Assembly: GCA_964384495.1 (NCBI GenBank)
Contig: CAYLKK010000001.1
Coordinates: 1 to 24,491 of the forward strand
Length of the DNA: 24,491 nucleotides
DNA from: an uncultured Alphaproteobacteria bacterium
GTDB lineage: Bacteria; Pseudomonadota; Alphaproteobacteria; UBA3830; CAYLKK01
Reading direction: 5' to 3'
In this document: piece by piece, positions 21,228 to 24,491 of the stretch
How positions within the stretch are numbered: position 1 is the first letter of the stretch
Layout of the letters: every line of letters begins with the position of its first letter
Position numbers and translations under genes: made by a program
Notes under the pieces: generated by a model
What the model was told of the DNA's origin: nothing
Databases searched by the model: none
What the model saw: the letters and a program-made list of their open reading frames with translations, nothing else

Positions 21228-21250
21228 AAAAACAGAAAAAGGAGATGATC

Positions 21251-21703
21251 ATGGATAAAGCATATTTTGATTTAATATGTAGTATAGAAAGATTAAATAA
21301 ATTGGTTCTTGATTCGATAGATACAGAACTAGGTAAAATGGGGTTGGACGAGGTGTCAGCTATTCAGGCACTTTTGTTGTACAAAATCGGAAATCAAACA
21401 ATGCCAATAGGAGAAATATCTTCTAGAGGTTATTATCTAGGGACAAATATTTCATATAATCTTAAAAAATTAATTAAATCAGGGTATATAAAACAAACAG
21501 AAGCAGATTATGATAAGAGATCATCAATTGTTGAGCTAACCGAGAAAGGTTTAGATTTTTGCGACTCTCTAAAAAAGGTTTTTTCAACCCATATTAATAC
21601 AATAAAAAGCGAAAAGATTGATGCAAATAGTATTTTATCTAATTTCAGAAGACTTGAAATGTTCTTTGGTAGGCTGACAATCAGTGGCATAAAGTCTTTC
21701 TAG
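21251..21703 (+). CDS. MarR-family winged-helix regulator, LdtR-like
   Basis: Y.DL...IERL....LD....EL...G, QALLLY.IG, RGYYLGTNISYNLKKL...GY, DKRS..V.LTEKG. ATG 21251 is correctly spaced from the AAGGAG SD, whereas ATG 21245 abuts it. Confidence 0.88.
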   Translation: MDKAYFDLICSIERLNKLVLDSIDTELGKMGLDEVSAIQALLLYKIGNQTMPIGEISSRGYYLGTNISYNLKKLIKSGYIKQTEADYDKRSSIVELTEKGLDFCDSLKKVFSTHINTIKSEKIDANSILSNFRRLEMFFGRLTISGIKSF

Positions 21704-21713
21704 TAAGGTTACA

Positions 21714-22538
21714 ATGCGCAGTTTTCTGATTATGTATTTGTGCGTTTCGTGTGTATGCGCATGTGCCAAAACGTTCGCTTCAGATCTTTTTGAAAAAGCA
21801 ATAGAAAAGCAGGAAGATGCTGAGGCAGAGCAAAAAGATGATATTGTATCGTACAATGCATCTGCCGATGGTACTCAGAGCAATTCTGAATATAAAAGTG
21901 CGACAGAGCCGAAGAAAGACAATAGCAAAACTAACTTAGATAAAAAGGTGAGTAAGAAAAAATCTCAAAAAACAGAGCCAGCTCACAGAACCGGGGTCTC
22001 AAATCAGAAGAAAAATCTCACCTTAGAGAATACGCATAATAATACTGAACTGAATAACTCAGATGTTAAACCAATAGACAGAGAAGTGGACGTAGAAAAG
22101 AAGGAAGAGTCAAACGGGAAACAAAAAACGTCAGATCTTTTTGAAAAAGCAATAGAAAAGCAGGAAGAAATAGGAGCAAAGTCAGCAGAAAAAGATGGCA
22201 GTTTATTTGATAAAATTGCACAGGAAATGGTTAACTCAATCAGTTCTAGCAAAAGAAAGAATAAACAACTTAATAGTCTTAACAAAAGATTAGCCGCATT
22301 TCGCAATGATACAGATGAAAACGCAATATTTAGCCTATTCCTTGGGCTGTACGACTTAGTGGGGGCATCGATATTCAACTCATGCTTTCAGAAACTTGTG
22401 GATGATAGCAATTTTAAGCAAGAAGTTTCAAATTTATTGGCGAATCTAAAGACAAAGATCCTCTCTGGAGATCTTTATCAAGGTAAAAATGAAAAAAAAG
22501 CTAAGACACTATATGACGTTATGACGAAACACCTGTGA
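21714..22538 (+). CDS. Hypothetical exported protein with a charged low-complexity N-half and a helical C-terminal region
   Basis: 274-aa ORF with an AAGG SD, a hydrophobic Cys-rich N-terminal signal-like segment ending ..TFA-S, and a K/E/N/S-rich middle. No family recognised. Confidence 0.75.
   Translation: MRSFLIMYLCVSCVCACAKTFASDLFEKAIEKQEDAEAEQKDDIVSYNASADGTQSNSEYKSATEPKKDNSKTNLDKKVSKKKSQKTEPAHRTGVSNQKKNLTLENTHNNTELNNSDVKPIDREVDVEKKEESNGKQKTSDLFEKAIEKQEEIGAKSAEKDGSLFDKIAQEMVNSISSSKRKNKQLNSLNKRLAAFRNDTDENAIFSLFLGLYDLVGASIFNSCFQKLVDDSNFKQEVSNLLANLKTKILSGDLYQGKNEKKAKTLYDVMTKHL
21780..22168 (+). repeat. Exact 38-nt direct repeat (21780-21817 and 22131-22168), 351 nt apart, in frame
   Basis: TCAGATCTTTTTGAAAAAGCAATAGAAAAGCAGGAAGA occurs twice, encoding SDLFEKAIEKQE(D/E). 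Confidence 0.95.
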
Positions 22539-22738
22539 AGCCAGTGTTGTTGGGCTTGTGCGCTATTAATGCTACTATAGTTTATTATAAACTATTCTAA
22601 ATACCAATGATTAAGAAAATTGTAGATGCAATAATTCTTATCGTTGGTTGTCTATAGGTTGTTTTGTTAAAATATATTTTTATATTACTTAATTTTTGTA
22701 TATAATGATGTTTCATTTGTTGTCATTTTTTTATACGT

Positions 22739-23719
22739 ATGTTGTTGTTAGATAAGCCGAAGTTTTGGGATAGACCGGCAAATAAATTTTTATTATATTT
22801 GAATACACTGTTGAGCATTGTATATAAATATGTGTTGTCCAGAAAGTACAAACATAAGTCCAACATTTTTACTATAGCGATAGGTGGCATAACAGCTGGT
22901 GGAGCTGGGAAAACGCCGCTTGCGATAGAATTAGCATATAAACTCAGGCAGAGTGGGTTTAATCCATTAATCGGATTAAAAGGATATGGTAGACGAAGTA
23001 AAAATGCAACTTTAGTTGACAATAAAATTAGCTCATATCATAAAGTCGGAGATGAAGCATTATTGGTATCAAAATACACAAATGTAGCAGTCGCCCATGA
23101 TAGACGCGATCTTATAAGTATTGCAAAAAAAAATTCATTTAATATCATCTTATTAGATGACGGGTTGTCCCAAAGAGTATTGCAACCTAACTTAAAGGTT
23201 TTAGTTGTTGATGGGTTGCAAAATTTAGGGAATCAACTATTGGTGCCAATTGGCCCATTACGGATGCAGATAAATTATGCAGTTAATAATGCAGATTTAA
23301 TTGTATTTTTAAACGAAGATAAGTATGACATACTTGATTTGATAAAGATGTGCGCAGATTCATGTAAAATAATAAGAGCTAACACTAAGGTTGACTTAAG
23401 CAACATCAAGAAAAATGTTGTGTTGTTTTCTGGGTTGGGATGTAACCAAAAATTTTTTGATAGATTTTCTGATTTTAATGTCATAAAAACTTTTTCTTTC
23501 CCAGACCACTATCCGTATTCGTCAAACGATATTAAAGATATAAAAAATTTTACCAAAAAGATGCAGATTGAAATTAACGAAGACATCGACATTGTCACGA
23601 CAGAAAAAGATAAAATGAGAATACCAGTTTGGCTTTCAAGCGGAATAAAGACTGCTAAGATAAATGTAGAATTTGATGCTACAGAGATTATTAAAAATAT
23701 AGAGGTTCTAAATGAATGA
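22739..23719 (+). CDS. lpxK: Tetraacyldisaccharide 4'-kinase (divergent)
   Basis: PKFW, IGGITAGGAGKTP, KGYG, VGDEALL, ILLDDGL, GN.LL.P.GPLR, FPDHYPY, VTTEKD..R. Confidence 0.9.
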   Translation: MLLLDKPKFWDRPANKFLLYLNTLLSIVYKYVLSRKYKHKSNIFTIAIGGITAGGAGKTPLAIELAYKLRQSGFNPLIGLKGYGRRSKNATLVDNKISSYHKVGDEALLVSKYTNVAVAHDRRDLISIAKKNSFNIILLDDGLSQRVLQPNLKVLVVDGLQNLGNQLLVPIGPLRMQINYAVNNADLIVFLNEDKYDILDLIKMCADSCKIIRANTKVDLSNIKKNVVLFSGLGCNQKFFDRFSDFNVIKTFSFPDHYPYSSNDIKDIKNFTKKMQIEINEDIDIVTTEKDKMRIPVWLSSGIKTAKINVEFDATEIIKNIEVLNE

Positions 23720-23737
23720 TTTTTTAGTTTAGATATT

Positions 23738-24319
23738 TTGGCTCGTTGGAGTCTAAAATTCGGGCATATTACTGTTATAATGCCTTGCGTTGTCGTTGGT
23801 ATGATTTTTCACAAAAGAGAATTGTATGCAAAAGCGGCGTGTTTCTTGTTGTTCGTTATGATTTTCAATACACTGCTTAAATTGCTTTTTAAAGTGCCAT
23901 TATTTCCACACCTTGGAAATGGTTACGCTTTCCCTAGCGGTCATATGCACGCTGCTGCCGCATTTTACGGATATATTTTGTATGAAAGCAAAAATAGATA
24001 TGTAAGCGGTTTAATTGTGATAATACTGTCATTATTGGGGTTGAGTTTGGTCCACTGCAATTTTCATGATTGTTTTGATGTTCTAGGCGCAGTCGGATTC
24101 ACATGTCTTGAATTTGCTGTATATCATGCACTGTCTAGTAAATTCTCTGCGAGGACAGTCGGATTTCTCACATTGTTTTTTGCTATTTCCATAATAATTT
24201 TCCTGAATTTCATACATTGTATACAGTATCATGTTTGGTTGGCATTTTACGGTTTACTTGGCACAGAAATAGCTTTATTAGCTAAAAAACAAACAAGAAC
24301 ATCTTCCCTGGCAGACTAA
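23738..24319 (+). CDS. PAP2-superfamily membrane protein with non-canonical catalytic motifs; start uncertain
   Basis: Several TM segments; LKLLFKVP (C1-like), FPSGHM (C2), S.V...FH...DV.GA (C3-like). The TTG start has no evident SD. Confidence 0.78.
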   Translation: MARWSLKFGHITVIMPCVVVGMIFHKRELYAKAACFLLFVMIFNTLLKLLFKVPLFPHLGNGYAFPSGHMHAAAAFYGYILYESKNRYVSGLIVIILSLLGLSLVHCNFHDCFDVLGAVGFTCLEFAVYHALSSKFSARTVGFLTLFFAISIIIFLNFIHCIQYHVWLAFYGLLGTEIALLAKKQTRTSSLAD

Positions 24320-24351
24320 AAGCAGAATCCGAACGAAATATTGGAGAGGAG

Positions 24352-24410
24352 AGTCGAGGGATCTGATATTATTGATATATAATTTATTTTTTTTAAAGGA
24401 TCACTCGACT
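24352..24410. repeat. 12-bp inverted repeat (1 mismatch) around a 35-nt AT-rich spacer
   Basis: AGTCGAGGGATC (24352-24363) and GATCACTCGACT (24399-24410). Confidence 0.6.
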
Positions 24411-24491
24411 ATGAAAGAATATATTAAAAAGAGTAGAAAGTACAGTCATTTGGAATTGCAAATCATATCGGTCTTGAATTAAATTTATTGA

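Noticed and set aside
21748..21766. 19-nt alternating purine-pyrimidine run (CGTGTGTATGCGCATGTGC)
   Set aside because: It is a by-product of Cys/Val/Ala codons in the signal peptide; there is no evidence for a Z-DNA or microsatellite role.
22538..22738. 200-bp AT-rich gap before lpxK with a weak AAGCC/GGCTT stem and a TATAAT at 22701-22706
   Set aside because: The stem is too short and there is no convincing -35, so neither a terminator nor an RNA gene can be supported.
23717..23719. Possibility of TGA recoded as Trp genome-wide
   Set aside because: TGA terminates fusA, rpsS and rplE at their expected ends and conserved Trp residues use TGG, so the standard code applies.
24320..24412. Resemblance to a group II intron 3' end (stem with unpaired A, ending ACTCGAC)
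   Set aside because: There is no recognisable domain V (catalytic triad stem with GNRA loop) upstream and no RT or maturase ORF.

Overview
AT-rich bacterial chromosome segment, by gene order and protein style most likely an alphaproteobacterium. A reduced, host-associated lineage such as Holosporales is an inference, not something shown. About 17.4 kb (1840-19243, minus strand) is one uninterrupted str-S10-spc-alpha translation cluster: rpsL-rpsG-fusA-tuf-rpsJ...rpsQ-rplN...rplO-secY-adk-rpsM-rpsK-rpoA-rplQ. It includes a very divergent 56-aa rpmC missed by the ORF track, has a clear sigma70 promoter, and ends at a bidirectional terminator. The left flank holds a probable pheT tail, an AI-2E/PerM transporter and hdaA. 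The right flank is the accessory part: (1) a signal-peptide-bearing, eukaryote-type USP (peptidase C19) deubiquitinase with an intact Cys/His/Asp triad; (2) a divergently transcribed LdtR-like MarR regulator; (3) a secreted protein with an exact 38-nt in-frame internal duplication; (4) a motif-divergent lpxK; (5) a PAP2-family gene lacking both canonical arginines whose start appears broken by a T6 tract. Strand compositional skew appears to flip between rpsL and the right flank, where hairpins and DnaA-box matches sit, so this is a candidate replication origin or inversion breakpoint. No tRNA, rRNA, CRISPR or transposase was found.
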